Of a stretch of DNA of 51,765 bases, positions 9,649-20,187 are shown piece by piece; positions within the stretch are counted from its first letter, which is position 1, and the number at the start of each line of letters is the position of its first letter. Position numbers and translations under genes: made by a program. Source of the stretch: Pseudomonadota bacterium (GTDB lineage Bacteria; UBA10199; 2-02-FULL-44-16; JBDRGF01). The DNA lies in NCBI GenBank assembly GCA_043818055.1, contig JBDRGF010000165.1:1-51765 (forward strand), in the 5' to 3' direction. Under the pieces are notes generated by a model. The model had not been told where the DNA came from and did not search any database. It saw only the letters and a list, made by a program, of their open reading frames with translations.

Positions 9649-12402
9649 ATGGCAACAATAAAACCTTTAACCAAATTAAACGCTACAAATATCGCCCCCC
9701 CAGGTGAAATGCAGAATGAGACAGGAATGCCTATAAATTCAGGCAATCTCGCTGCACAAAGAATATCAGTCGATTCGTCTTCAGAAATACGCCATTCATT
9801 ATTCTCTCCTGCTGGTAATGCAATACAACTTCACAATGAACAAGCTGTGAAGATAAGAGGAATCCTAGACACATGCTTCGAAGAGATGGCTAATTTCATC
9901 GTTACAGAGGTCGAGAACAACAGACCTTTTTCGGCTGAAGAGCTCCTGAGAACGATCGAGTCAACCAGCAGAGATCCTGTTACGATGATAAGACAGCTAA
10001 TCTCACTTGATAAGGTGGACCTTACTGACAAAGGTGAAGACTTGAAAGAGACCCTGTACGACTTAACAGCAGATGTTGAAAACGATTTAATGAAAAAAAT
10101 TAGAGCAAACCTCGAACAACATAACATTAGACACATACTAAATATTCATAATTACCTCGGGCTCCTCAATGCTATCGGAGCTTTCTCTGAGGATTCTATT
10201 TATATCGACCCGAATATTTCACCCCTTCCACTACCGCTCACTGTCGAAACTGAAATCGAGCATCTATTACATAGAGCTAAATCAACAGAAGAGAGTCGTG
10301 AGATAGCTATCACATGGTTAGATGATGTGATCTTTGGAATGATGCAAACACTGAGCAGAGTCGAAAAAGTGGACTCCTTTGCATTCAGAGATCTGTTAAG
10401 GGCTGTTACACCTCTCGATCAAGAAGCAATTTTCTTTGAACAGAGTATCGATTATGTGATCGAACATTTAAAATCTATCGGCCCAGTAAATCTCTCTGTG
10501 CAAGCGATGGAAATTATAAAGAGTTTCAATTCAAAAATACTCGTTCCCAAATTTAGCGTTGAGCTTAACACCTACTCAGATTTAATTGAATTCATAAAGC
10601 TCTGTTGTCCACGTCAGGCAAAGCTCCATGAAAAGTATCCTGTTCAAGACAAACCTTTAAATGAGCTGAGCCAGTTGTTTCGTGACATCTCATACATCTC
10701 TACACAATTCAAAAGCATCACCTCTATTGATGAGGCGATTACATATGCCTTCTTTCCCTTTGAACAGGATGGCATTCTATCTTCAAACCAGGTTGAAATA
10801 GCCAGGAAACATATAGATCGAGAGCTTCTCTCACATGGCGAGAAGAAAATCAGAGATGAACACATCGTCAGTTTTTACAATCTACTGGATGAGATGAATT
10901 TAAGTCTCAAACCCACTTATAGAAACTGGTTTTTAGCGATCGTTTGGAAGATCGAATCTCGCACATGTAGCCTTAAACAGCTAGACTATCTTGAGAATAC
11001 TCTCTCGGAGATGTCTGATTTAGCATTATTTCAAAATACATCTCACTCTTCACAGGATGGCATCTTTACGACAATGCTTGGAGATCAAGCAACTCCAAAG
11101 GGCATCCATGCTATGAGAGAGAAACTTAATAGAGTGCTGCAGGAATACGGACATCTTCCAATATTAGATGAAAGACTCCAAAGACAGGCGGAGTTGATTG
11201 AAAAAAACACAGGACTTCCGACACCGACGACATATCAAACATGGTTTGAGACAATCTTAATCCTGGTGCGGAAATATGAAGCTAAGAACAAACCTGAGCG
11301 CACAACATCCGAGTTTAAAACACTCAATGAACTGCTACCGAAAATGCAACAGGCAGTATTGAGCAATCCAGAGATCACAAAAATAGAAGATCTATTTCAA
11401 ACTCCTCGGGAAAACTACAGGGCAATCTATACTCAAATTAACAGGGCACTCGCTGTTGTTGGTAATACTGAAATTCCTCAGGATATGGCAAATCACAAAA
11501 TTCTCAACAAAGCCACTGCAACCTATAGCGATCTATTTAGAGCAATTTTACTTCGGATTAAAATCAACAACGCAAATAAAATTCGCGGCCCACAATCCAC
11601 ACCCTCTTACTCACCTGGGTTAGAAGTGAAATTCGAAATGAAACCACCCGTTCAAGAGAGGACTGTTGTAACCCCGATATCAAAAAAATCTCCCGAAAAG
11701 AAAAAACCAGTTAGGGTTCCGCCCGTAAAAACTTCGAAAAACGAAGTTGAGAAGAAAGAGGCTGCACCGCCACAACAAATATCGGCCCCCACTCCTCCCA
11801 GCAAGACAAAGAATGTAGCACAGCCGCAACAAAAAACCACAAAGGTTGAAATTCAACCAATGCCACCTCCAACAACAGATCGCACTCAGCTCAAAATCTA
11901 CAGAGAGCAGCTTTTTGAATTAAACAATAAGAGAATGTCGCCTCGTTACGGAAGCATCGAAGATGCTTACAAGGCAATGGAAATAGGTGGCATGGACAGC
12001 GGACTTAAGATGTTTGGTGATCAAACAATTCCAGACAAACTAAGGGAAACAGTGAACACATTAAACCCTGAAATCAAAACATTTGCTGAGTGGCACAAAG
12101 CACTTATCAACTTTTTTGAACACAGAAAATTAAAGATAGATCGCATGATAACACTTATAAATGAGAATGGTTTTTATAAAATTCTCCGACAAATGGTTTG
12201 GGAAAAAGGTTTTGATTTAAAAGTCTTTGCTAGAAATTCCAGAGCTACTATTACATCAGGCTTCAATAAAAAAACTAAAACACCATCAACTGAAATTTTA
12301 AGGCGTATTCGCCAGACATGGGTAGGCATGAATAACAACATCTACTCAAAAGAGATTGATTTGTTAATTCACGCTGCATTTATTTTAAACCCAAGAAGAT
12401 GA
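9649..12402 (+). CDS. Large hypothetical protein: helical repeats, Pro/Lys-rich linker, C-terminal XRE-HTH-like domain
   Basis: Long ORF; start chosen downstream of the promoter motif; C-terminus paralogous to 12413-13039. Confidence 0.75.
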   Translation: MATIKPLTKLNATNIAPPGEMQNETGMPINSGNLAAQRISVDSSSEIRHSLFSPAGNAIQLHNEQAVKIRGILDTCFEEMANFIVTEVENNRPFSAEELLRTIESTSRDPVTMIRQLISLDKVDLTDKGEDLKETLYDLTADVENDLMKKIRANLEQHNIRHILNIHNYLGLLNAIGAFSEDSIYIDPNISPLPLPLTVETEIEHLLHRAKSTEESREIAITWLDDVIFGMMQTLSRVEKVDSFAFRDLLRAVTPLDQEAIFFEQSIDYVIEHLKSIGPVNLSVQAMEIIKSFNSKILVPKFSVELNTYSDLIEFIKLCCPRQAKLHEKYPVQDKPLNELSQLFRDISYISTQFKSITSIDEAITYAFFPFEQDGILSSNQVEIARKHIDRELLSHGEKKIRDEHIVSFYNLLDEMNLSLKPTYRNWFLAIVWKIESRTCSLKQLDYLENTLSEMSDLALFQNTSHSSQDGIFTTMLGDQATPKGIHAMREKLNRVLQEYGHLPILDERLQRQAELIEKNTGLPTPTTYQTWFETILILVRKYEAKNKPERTTSEFKTLNELLPKMQQAVLSNPEITKIEDLFQTPRENYRAIYTQINRALAVVGNTEIPQDMANHKILNKATATYSDLFRAILLRIKINNANKIRGPQSTPSYSPGLEVKFEMKPPVQERTVVTPISKKSPEKKKPVRVPPVKTSKNEVEKKEAAPPQQISAPTPPSKTKNVAQPQQKTTKVEIQPMPPPTTDRTQLKIYREQLFELNNKRMSPRYGSIEDAYKAMEIGGMDSGLKMFGDQTIPDKLRETVNTLNPEIKTFAEWHKALINFFEHRKLKIDRMITLINENGFYKILRQMVWEKGFDLKVFARNSRATITSGFNKKTKTPSTEILRRIRQTWVGMNNNIYSKEIDLLIHAAFILNPRR

Positions 12403-12412
12403 GGACTACTTC

Positions 12413-13039
12413 ATGAATAATAAAAAAGATCATGTAAATAATATTGGAAGCAAAAAACAGGCCATCATAGCTGGCAAAAAGCAGCAAGTTGAAAAGAGTT
12501 TTAAAATAGATCAAATCGCCATCACTGATCTGCTCACGAGGATGACCAATTTAACAAACCATCTTCAAATAAGAAATATCAACTATGCTTATGAAACGCT
12601 CGGAGGAGATCAATTTCAAAAAACATTGATACTCAACCTGTACAAATACGGAGAGGATAATTTACCCGAAGAACGGAAAAAAGAGATCAAACACATCTGT
12701 GTTGGGATTGAAACATATGATGATTGGCATAAATCACTCGTTCAAATATTCGAAAATCGCATGAACACGCTCAAATCAATGACAAGAAAATTAGTACAGG
12801 GAGAATTTTATAGCTCGTTAAAAGAAACTATTTTGAAAAATAAGTCCGTCACGTTGCAGGAATTTGCCCAACGAGCATCCTTTCCAATTTCACGGTTTAA
12901 TAGTACAACCACAAAAGTTCCAGATCTAAAAACTTTCAGCTGTATCAAAATGACATGGCTCAATTCCGGCGGATATCTGATGGAAATCGACCCCCTTTTG
13001 CACGCCGCTTACATCGCTAAGATGGAAGAGGGATATTGA
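12413..13039 (+). CDS. Hypothetical protein, paralog of the upstream protein's C-terminal domain
   Basis: IETYDDWHKSLVQIFENR vs IKTFAEWHKALINFFEHR; EIDPLLHAAYI vs EIDLLIHAAFI. Confidence 0.8.
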   Translation: MNNKKDHVNNIGSKKQAIIAGKKQQVEKSFKIDQIAITDLLTRMTNLTNHLQIRNINYAYETLGGDQFQKTLILNLYKYGEDNLPEERKKEIKHICVGIETYDDWHKSLVQIFENRMNTLKSMTRKLVQGEFYSSLKETILKNKSVTLQEFAQRASFPISRFNSTTTKVPDLKTFSCIKMTWLNSGGYLMEIDPLLHAAYIAKMEEGY

Positions 13040-13047
13040 GGAAGCTC

Positions 13048-13144
13048 TTTGTAGGGGCGGGGTTCAAACCCACCCGCGTTATTATTTTAGGGCAGGTTTA
13101 AAACCTGCCCCTACAAAACCAGAGAACTCGCACACGGCGTTAAG
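13048..13144. repeat. REP doublet plus MITE right end
   Basis: gtaggggcgg...gggcaggtttaaaacctgcccctac...aactcgcacacggcgttaag, shared with 24577-24670. Confidence 0.7.
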
Positions 13145-13209
13145 TTTAAACTCAAAACAAATCATCTGCTAATTGACCTTACACGATTGCTCCGCTATAA
13201 GCGGCTTCC

Positions 13210-14343
13210 ATGTTTAAATTTGAACTTCTTCAAAATAGTCGTGATACAAAAGGAAGGCTTGGGGTAATCACGACAAGTCATAATTCCTTTGAGACACCGG
13301 TATTCATGCCGGTGGGGACTCAGGGGAGTGTCAAGACTTTGAGCCCTGATGAAATTGAGGAGATCGGTGCTAGTATAATCTTGGGAAATGCCTATCATCT
13401 CTTCATCCGGCCGGGACATGAGCTGATCAGGGATTTAGGAGGACTTCATAAATTCATGAACTGGAAGGGCTCGATCCTTACCGACAGCGGCGGATTTCAG
13501 ATCTTCTCGCTCTCCGATCTGCGTCTTAAATTCGATGAGAATGGTGTCGAATTTCAGTCCCACATCGACGGAGGCATAAAACACTTTTTGACACCTGAAC
13601 TCTCCATAGAAGTCCAGGAGGCGCTGGGATCGGATATAATGATGGTGCTCGACGAATGCACCCCATATCCGGCAACCGAAGAACAAGCAAAAAAATCGAT
13701 GGAGCTCTCGCTCAAATGGGCTGCGCGCTCCTTAAATGCCAGAAAATCCGATAACGCCCTATTCGGCATCGTGCAAGGCGGAACATACAAACATTTGAGG
13801 GAAGAATATATCGATCGACTTTTGGAAACTTCCAAACGCTTCACGGATTTTAATGGTTATTCCATCGGCGGCCTCTCTGTGGGAGAACCGACTGATTTGA
13901 TGTACGAGATGACGGCCATATGCACAGAAAAACTCCCTGCTGATAAACCGAGGTACCTGATGGGGGTTGGCACCCCTGAAAATATTCTCGAATCGATCGA
14001 TCTTGGTATCGACATGTTCGACTGCGTCATGCCCACAAGAAACGCAAGACACGGAAAACTCTTTACAAAACAGGGTGATATCAACATTACAAACGCTAAA
14101 TTTATTCGGGATATGAATCCCATCGAAGAGGACTGCGGATGTTTTACTTGCAAAAACTTCACAAAGGCTTATCTCAAACATCTATTTCAAGCTGGAGAAA
14201 TTTTAGCCTTGAGACTCGCTTCAATTCACAATTTACAATTCTATATCGATCTGATAGAGGGAGCAAAACTTGCACTGAAAAATGATAATTATCCTGAATT
14301 TAAAAGGGATTTTATCTCAAAAAGAAAGGGGAGAAAATGTTAG
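13210..14343 (+). CDS. tgt: tRNA-guanine transglycosylase
   Basis: TPVFMPVGT, LTDSGGFQ, GIVQGG, GGLSVGE, DMFDCVMPTRNAR, CGCFTC...H zinc site. Confidence 0.97.
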   Translation: MFKFELLQNSRDTKGRLGVITTSHNSFETPVFMPVGTQGSVKTLSPDEIEEIGASIILGNAYHLFIRPGHELIRDLGGLHKFMNWKGSILTDSGGFQIFSLSDLRLKFDENGVEFQSHIDGGIKHFLTPELSIEVQEALGSDIMMVLDECTPYPATEEQAKKSMELSLKWAARSLNARKSDNALFGIVQGGTYKHLREEYIDRLLETSKRFTDFNGYSIGGLSVGEPTDLMYEMTAICTEKLPADKPRYLMGVGTPENILESIDLGIDMFDCVMPTRNARHGKLFTKQGDINITNAKFIRDMNPIEEDCGCFTCKNFTKAYLKHLFQAGEILALRLASIHNLQFYIDLIEGAKLALKNDNYPEFKRDFISKRKGRKC

Positions 14344-14684
14344 AAAATCTATTTATGGGGACTGCTCACGCAATGGCGGGTCAATCAGCTCAAGGAGGAG
14401 GACAGGGGAATTTTCTTGTCAGCCTGCTTCCGCTCGTTTTGATCTTCGGCATCTTTTATTTCCTGCTCATCCGCCCGCAGCAAAAACAACAGAAGCGCGT
14501 TCAGGAGATGCTCTCCAATTTAAAACGCGGCGACAAGGTCGTCACACGCGGCGGCATACATGGAAAGATCGACGAGATCAAGGAGAATGGGGTCATCGTC
14601 GAAGTTGCGCAGAACCTCAAACTTACTCTGAATAGAGAGGCTATCGCTTCAATCGTAAATACTAACACAACTCAGGGGGAGTAA
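14337..14684 (+). CDS. yajC: Preprotein translocase subunit YajC
   Basis: FYFLLIRPQQK...GDKVVTRGGIHG. Confidence 0.96.
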   Translation: MLENLFMGTAHAMAGQSAQGGGQGNFLVSLLPLVLIFGIFYFLLIRPQQKQQKRVQEMLSNLKRGDKVVTRGGIHGKIDEIKENGVIVEVAQNLKLTLNREAIASIVNTNTTQGE

Positions 14685-14691
14685 AAAGCTT

Positions 14692-16428
14692 ATGTCTACT
14701 AACTGGAAATGGAAGGTCGGCCTTCTTGTCTTTCTGACCTTGTTGTCGGTCTATTTTCTTCTGCCAACGCTATACAAAACGAAGATCGAAGAGGACAAGG
14801 CTGCAAATAAGGTTTTACCCTGGTATTACTCGGTACTCCCTGACAAGTTTATCAATTTAGGACTCGACCTTCGCGGTGGTATCTATCTTGAATTTGAAGT
14901 ACTTACAAACAAAGCGCTGCTCAACCAAATAGATCTTCTCTCAGAGGACTTAAAATCTCAGCTGACCAAAGCAGGCTTTACAGATGTCGATAAGGTTTCG
15001 TTTACACCGGACAAGGACGAAGCTACCTTAACGATCGCATCCACAGATTCCAAGTTGATGGATAAGATTGTCACCATTATCACAAGCAGAGAATACAGCG
15101 CGATACTCACAAGGCCTGTAAGAAAAAATGACGAACTCAAATTCGGTTACGATGAAAGATATCTTAAAAATTTTAGAGCGTTCGTGATTGAGCAAGCTGT
15201 GGCCAAGGTGCGAAACCGCATCGACCGCTACGGAGTCGCTGAGCCGACGATCCAGAGACTCGGTTCAGGACGTATCGCGGTTGAGCTTCCGGGGCTTAAA
15301 GATCCTGAACGCGCTATAAACATAATCAAGCAGGCGGGTCAGCTCGAATTTAAAATAGTCGACAACAGCGTGCCAAACGACAAGTTGGAACTCATGATCG
15401 ACGAAGCAAGAAAAGAGAACGAATTCACGCAAAATGATTATACATACAAGACAGTCGAGCAGATAAATAAGACGCTCGCTCTCAAGTTGCCGAAGGATAC
15501 TGAAATAGCATTTGAGCTTAAGACTGACCAGGTGACTCAGGAGCTGACCGACGCGACTCCATTTCTTTTAAAGCGTAAGGTCTGGATCACTGGGGATATG
15601 CTAAAAGATGCAAAGGTCTCCGTCTCGGACAACGAACCGCACGTATCGCTGACTTTGGATAACAGAGGCGCAAAGCTCTTTGGTGAAGTCACTTCCAAAA
15701 ACATAGGTGAGCGGATGGCCATCCTGCTCGACAACACCGTGATATCAGCGCCCACAATTCAGAGCGCAATCTATGGCGGACAGGCGATGATCACCATGGG
15801 AAGAGGTAGCTACGAAGTTTTGAGAAAGAGATCTCAGGACCTTGTGCTGGTATTGCAGGAGGGAGCCCTTCCCGCTCCGCTCGTCGAGGCTACAAAGACA
15901 GTGGTCGGTCCATCTTTAGGTGCAGACTCCATTCATAAAGGTATAATCGCAACCCTTATCGGCGGCGCTTTGGTTTTCATCTTCATGTTGGTCTACTACA
16001 AGGTTGGTGGTCTGCTCGCTGACCTCGCACTCGGCTTGAACCTCCTCTTCATCCTCGCAGCACTTGTTCCATTTCAGGCCACTCTGACTTTGCCGGGAAT
16101 CGCTGGAATTGTTTTGACTCTCGGCATGGCTGTCGATGCAAATGTGCTGATACTCGAGAGAATCAAAGAGGAGCTTAGATTAGGAAGGTCAGCGCCTAAT
16201 GCCGTTAAATCCGGCTATCACAATGCGATGCGAACGATCATCGATGCGAATATCACGACACTCATAGCAGCACTTGTTCTTTATCAATTTGGAACAGGTC
16301 CGATCAAGGGCTTCGCAGTGACACTTGGAATAGGTCTGGTGATAAGCATGTACACAGCCTGTGTTTGCACGCGCATGGTATATGATATCGTAATTTCAAA
16401 ATTTAAATTAACTACGCTTAAGATTTAA
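14692..16428 (+). CDS. secD: Protein translocase subunit SecD
   Basis: LGLDLRGG, RIDRYGVAEP, VGPSLG, GMAVDANVLILERI, GPIKGFAVTL. Confidence 0.97.
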   Translation: MSTNWKWKVGLLVFLTLLSVYFLLPTLYKTKIEEDKAANKVLPWYYSVLPDKFINLGLDLRGGIYLEFEVLTNKALLNQIDLLSEDLKSQLTKAGFTDVDKVSFTPDKDEATLTIASTDSKLMDKIVTIITSREYSAILTRPVRKNDELKFGYDERYLKNFRAFVIEQAVAKVRNRIDRYGVAEPTIQRLGSGRIAVELPGLKDPERAINIIKQAGQLEFKIVDNSVPNDKLELMIDEARKENEFTQNDYTYKTVEQINKTLALKLPKDTEIAFELKTDQVTQELTDATPFLLKRKVWITGDMLKDAKVSVSDNEPHVSLTLDNRGAKLFGEVTSKNIGERMAILLDNTVISAPTIQSAIYGGQAMITMGRGSYEVLRKRSQDLVLVLQEGALPAPLVEATKTVVGPSLGADSIHKGIIATLIGGALVFIFMLVYYKVGGLLADLALGLNLLFILAALVPFQATLTLPGIAGIVLTLGMAVDANVLILERIKEELRLGRSAPNAVKSGYHNAMRTIIDANITTLIAALVLYQFGTGPIKGFAVTLGIGLVISMYTACVCTRMVYDIVISKFKLTTLKI

Positions 16429-16445
16429 CCCGGAGGAAGATAAAA

Positions 16446-17354
16446 ATGAGTTTCAAAATAAAATTTCCATTCATCAAATATCGAAAGATATTTATAGCGC
16501 TTTCCATCTTTGTTATTGCAGCATCCATCTTCTTCATCGCTACGAAGGGATTTAACTACGGCATCGACTTCAACGGAGGTGCTAAGCTTGAATATCAATT
16601 TTCTTCCGACGTGACTGAAAGCCAGGTCAGAGAGGCTCTTAAAGAGAGTTTTAACGACGTTTCGGTCGTCAGATTTGGTGAATCTAAGGATCGCAGGATG
16701 AGCATTAAGATTGGCGTAGCTTCGGAACATGCGCAAATTGGAACTCAGGTCACTCAATCTCTTGAAAAAACATTTGGAGCAGGAAATGTGACGCTTGAGC
16801 AGGAAGAGACGGTCGGCCCCAAAGTCGGCAAAGAGATGAGGCGCAAGGCTTTTTATACTATCCTCTTCTCATGGCTCCTCATGCTAATCTATATCGGATA
16901 TCGCTTCGATTTCCTTTACGCGCCGGGGGCAGTCGTAGCGCTCATTCATGACGTGATCATAGTGCTCGGATTTTTTGCCCTGCTCGGAAAAGAGATCAAC
17001 CTCGTGATAGTCGCTGCTATATTAACGCTGATCGGATATTCCATCAACGACACGATAGTCGTCTTCGATCGCATCAGGGAAAACAAGGGGAGAATTTCGC
17101 ACGATAGCATCGAAGAGGTCGTCAACGACAGCCTCAACTCGACACTTTCAAGGACGCTCATAACATCGGTGACTGTATTACTCGTTGTATTGGCTCTGTT
17201 TTTTAAAGGTGGAGGCACACTCCATGATTTCGCATTTGCACTCATTGTCGGCGTTATCACCGGAACCTATTCATCCATCTTCATCGCTTCCCCGGTTTAC
17301 ATCGATCTCTACAAATACTGGCCTAAAGTAAGCGCGCTGTGGGGGAAAAAATAA
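16446..17354 (+). CDS. secF: Protein translocase subunit SecF
   Basis: GIDFNGG, VGPKVG, GYSINDTIVVFDRIRE, GTYSSIFIA. Confidence 0.97.
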   Translation: MSFKIKFPFIKYRKIFIALSIFVIAASIFFIATKGFNYGIDFNGGAKLEYQFSSDVTESQVREALKESFNDVSVVRFGESKDRRMSIKIGVASEHAQIGTQVTQSLEKTFGAGNVTLEQEETVGPKVGKEMRRKAFYTILFSWLLMLIYIGYRFDFLYAPGAVVALIHDVIIVLGFFALLGKEINLVIVAAILTLIGYSINDTIVVFDRIRENKGRISHDSIEEVVNDSLNSTLSRTLITSVTVLLVVLALFFKGGGTLHDFAFALIVGVITGTYSSIFIASPVYIDLYKYWPKVSALWGKK

Positions 17355-17423
17355 AATACGTGAAACGTCCTCCCGTGAAGCGTGAAACGAAAAATCATTC
17401 TCTATCTAAAATAGGATAACAGC

Positions 17424-19109
17424 ATGACATGTTGGTCAATTGTAGCTGAAAATTCCCAAAAACAGAAAAAACTATCTGATAGTCTGAACATCAATCCTAT
17501 AATCGCAAGGTTGCTTGTCAACAGGGGGATAGTCGCTCCTGATGAAGCCAGGACATTTTTAAACCCTAGTTTGTCAAATATTCCAAATCCTTTTTTGTTA
17601 CCGGACATGGAGAAAGCAGTTGCAAGGATTGTTCAGGCTATTGAAGCTGGTGAGAGGATCGCGGTCTTTGGTGACTTTGATGCTGACGGCATCTGCTCAA
17701 CGGCACTCCTTTTCAGGTTTTTTAAAAAAATAGGAGTACATGTTGAAACCATAATTCCACACAGGATTGAACATGGATATGGTCTCAATTTGGAACTGAT
17801 CACCAAAAATAAACCGCAGCTGGTCATCACAGTCGATACAGGGAGCAACGATGAAAAGGTCATCGGCAAGGCAAAGAAAGCAGGAATAGATATCATAGTG
17901 ACCGATCATCATACGATCGAACAATCACCAAAGAGCGCAATCGCTACAGTCAATCCGAAACTTTCGACCAATAAATTTCCTGATGACGATCTTTCAGGAT
18001 GCGGTGTCGCTTTTTGTCTCATCATGGCTCTGAGAAAGAGTCTCAGGGAGCTTGGTAAATTAAAAGAAGAACCGAATCTTAAAGATCTTCTCGATCTGGT
18101 CGCAATGGCCACCATCGCAGATATGGTTCCTCTCACCGGAACGAATCGCATCTTAACAAAGATCGGCATGGAGGTGATCGCAAAAGGAAGCAACCCCGGA
18201 ATATCTGCGCTGCTCGAAGTCAGCTCCACATCTCATAATCCAACATCACAGGATATCGCGTTCAGACTCGCACCAAGAATCAACGCTGCGGGAAGATTGC
18301 ACGATGCTTCGATAGCGTTAAAACTGTTGATCTCAGAAGATCCTGTTGAGTGTAAGAATATCGCCGATGAATTAAACAGTCTCAATAGCAAGAGGCAACA
18401 GACCGAGGCAAAGATCATCAGCGATGCTCATGAGATTTTAAAAAATTCGAAAGATAACAGCGGAATAGTTTTGCATTCGGAAGAGTGGCATTTGGGCGTT
18501 ATGGGTATCGCCGCCTCCAAGCTCGCAAACTCATATGGAACCCCAGTCGCCATATTTGCCAAAGATGGAGATTCATGGCGCGGGTCAGTGAGATCCAAAG
18601 CTGACATCGATATCATGAAGGTTTTAGGCGAATGTTCTGATCTGCTGATCAAATTCGGAGGTCATAAAGCCGCCGCAGGAATATCGATCGCCGATGAAAA
18701 CCTTGAACTCTTTAAATCGCGTTTCGACGAAATCTGCTTAAAATATTTTCCTGAAAATTATGAGGAGAGGCTGAAAATTGATGCCCTTTTGAACATCGAT
18801 GATATCACAGAAAAGCTGATCGATGATATGGATAAGATGGAACCATTTGGAAACTCAAATCCCGAACCGTTATTTGGCCTCAACAACATCAACGTCGCAT
18901 CTGTCAAAGTCATAAAAGAAAAACACCTCAAGCTCAATCTGAAGGGAGCCACAAACCACATCGAAGCAATAGGCTTTGGTTTCGGCCATCTGGCATCAAC
19001 AATAGGAGAGAACACCTCCATCGCCTTTAGACCCGAATTCAACACCTGGCAAGGAGTAAGATCTGTGCAGTTGAGGGTGAGGGAAGTGAGAACTAGCGAT
19101 ATGCTGTAA
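17424..19109 (+). CDS. recJ: Single-stranded DNA exonuclease RecJ
   Basis: GDFDADG, ITVDTG, TDHH, TIADMVPL, PRINAAGR, GGHKAAAG, PFGNSNPEP. Confidence 0.96.
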   Translation: MTCWSIVAENSQKQKKLSDSLNINPIIARLLVNRGIVAPDEARTFLNPSLSNIPNPFLLPDMEKAVARIVQAIEAGERIAVFGDFDADGICSTALLFRFFKKIGVHVETIIPHRIEHGYGLNLELITKNKPQLVITVDTGSNDEKVIGKAKKAGIDIIVTDHHTIEQSPKSAIATVNPKLSTNKFPDDDLSGCGVAFCLIMALRKSLRELGKLKEEPNLKDLLDLVAMATIADMVPLTGTNRILTKIGMEVIAKGSNPGISALLEVSSTSHNPTSQDIAFRLAPRINAAGRLHDASIALKLLISEDPVECKNIADELNSLNSKRQQTEAKIISDAHEILKNSKDNSGIVLHSEEWHLGVMGIAASKLANSYGTPVAIFAKDGDSWRGSVRSKADIDIMKVLGECSDLLIKFGGHKAAAGISIADENLELFKSRFDEICLKYFPENYEERLKIDALLNIDDITEKLIDDMDKMEPFGNSNPEPLFGLNNINVASVKVIKEKHLKLNLKGATNHIEAIGFGFGHLASTIGENTSIAFRPEFNTWQGVRSVQLRVREVRTSDML

Positions 19110-19238
19110 GCTATAAGTGGTAAGAATTAAAAGCACATCTTTTTGTTTGCATTGTCATTCTGACCTTTGGACACTATTAGTTATAACTCAATAAAGGGCA
19201 AATTAACTTAATTTTAAGGCAGCTTTGTGAGCCTACAA

Positions 19239-19337
19239 TGTCATCCCGCACCCTGATGCGGGATCCAGATTGGGTTGAATTTACGCTGGATTCCCGCTGG
19301 AGTTTATCCCGCACTCGTTGCGGGGCGAGGAATGACA
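19239..19337. repeat. REP/RPE-like palindromic element
   Basis: tgtcatcccgca...tgcgggatccag...ctggattcccgc...ggaatgaca; same family as 17-94. Confidence 0.65.
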
Positions 19338-19431
19338 AAAAATGAAAAAGGGTTTATGAAATCGGCTTGTGAAACTATTTTTCCAGACAAAGATTATTTA
19401 ACAGTCGAACAATTCATTAAAAAATTGAAAT

Positions 19432-20187
19432 CTACTTCTTTATAGAACTCAAAAACTCAACCAACTTATTCAAGGCTGCTTTAAGTTTTTTATCTAGGCC
19501 TACGAGTTCGGTCTCATCAAGTAGTGGTGAGAGCTCTTTTCTTACTGCTTCATCGGTGAGATTTTTTGCTGCGTCGCTTAGCTCTGAGATAAATTCTTCA
19601 AGAGTCATGTTCTTAACTTTTTTGAGCTTTGGCAAACGGGACTCCACTTTTTTCAATCTATTATTTAAAGTCTCCATGTCCGGCTTTTCACCCACTACAT
19701 CAAAGAGATAATAGATATCGTAAAGATCTCTCATCAATCGTCTTTCATTCCACGCTGCCAACTTGTGAGAAAGGGCGACATCCAGACTCATCACACTCAC
19801 TATCCTTCCGAGCTGATTGACATGCCCTGCCAATACGTTGGTTGACATCGCAATCGCTTTACATTCTTTGGACACGCTGGCCTCTATCTGGATGGATACC
19901 CCTTCAACATGTATTTTAATTCGAACAGCCTTGGAATTCATCGTCTGAAAAATTTCAGCATTGGGAATTTCTTTGAGTATTTTATCCAATCCTTCAGTTA
20001 TCTCTTTTTTAGAACTGTATGGAACAAAGATATAATCGATATCATTTGTGCTTCTGGGACAATTTAGCAGCCTCAATTCTATTCCACCTTTTAGTATCGC
20101 ATGATCTCCAAATTCTTCAGAAATCCGATGCATCAACCAGACAAAGATCGAATCCAAATTGATTATTTCAGGAAATGGAATACTCAT
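19432..20187 (-). CDS. AbiEii/AbiGii-family nucleotidyltransferase toxin (type IV TA)
   Basis: LKGGIELRL...RSTNDIDY, HKLAAW, RDLYDI. Confidence 0.85.
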   Translation of the reverse strand: MSIPFPEIINLDSIFVWLMHRISEEFGDHAILKGGIELRLLNCPRSTNDIDYIFVPYSSKKEITEGLDKILKEIPNAEIFQTMNSKAVRIKIHVEGVSIQIEASVSKECKAIAMSTNVLAGHVNQLGRIVSVMSLDVALSHKLAAWNERRLMRDLYDIYYLFDVVGEKPDMETLNNRLKKVESRLPKLKKVKNMTLEEFISELSDAAKNLTDEAVRKELSPLLDETELVGLDKKLKAALNKLVEFLSSIKK

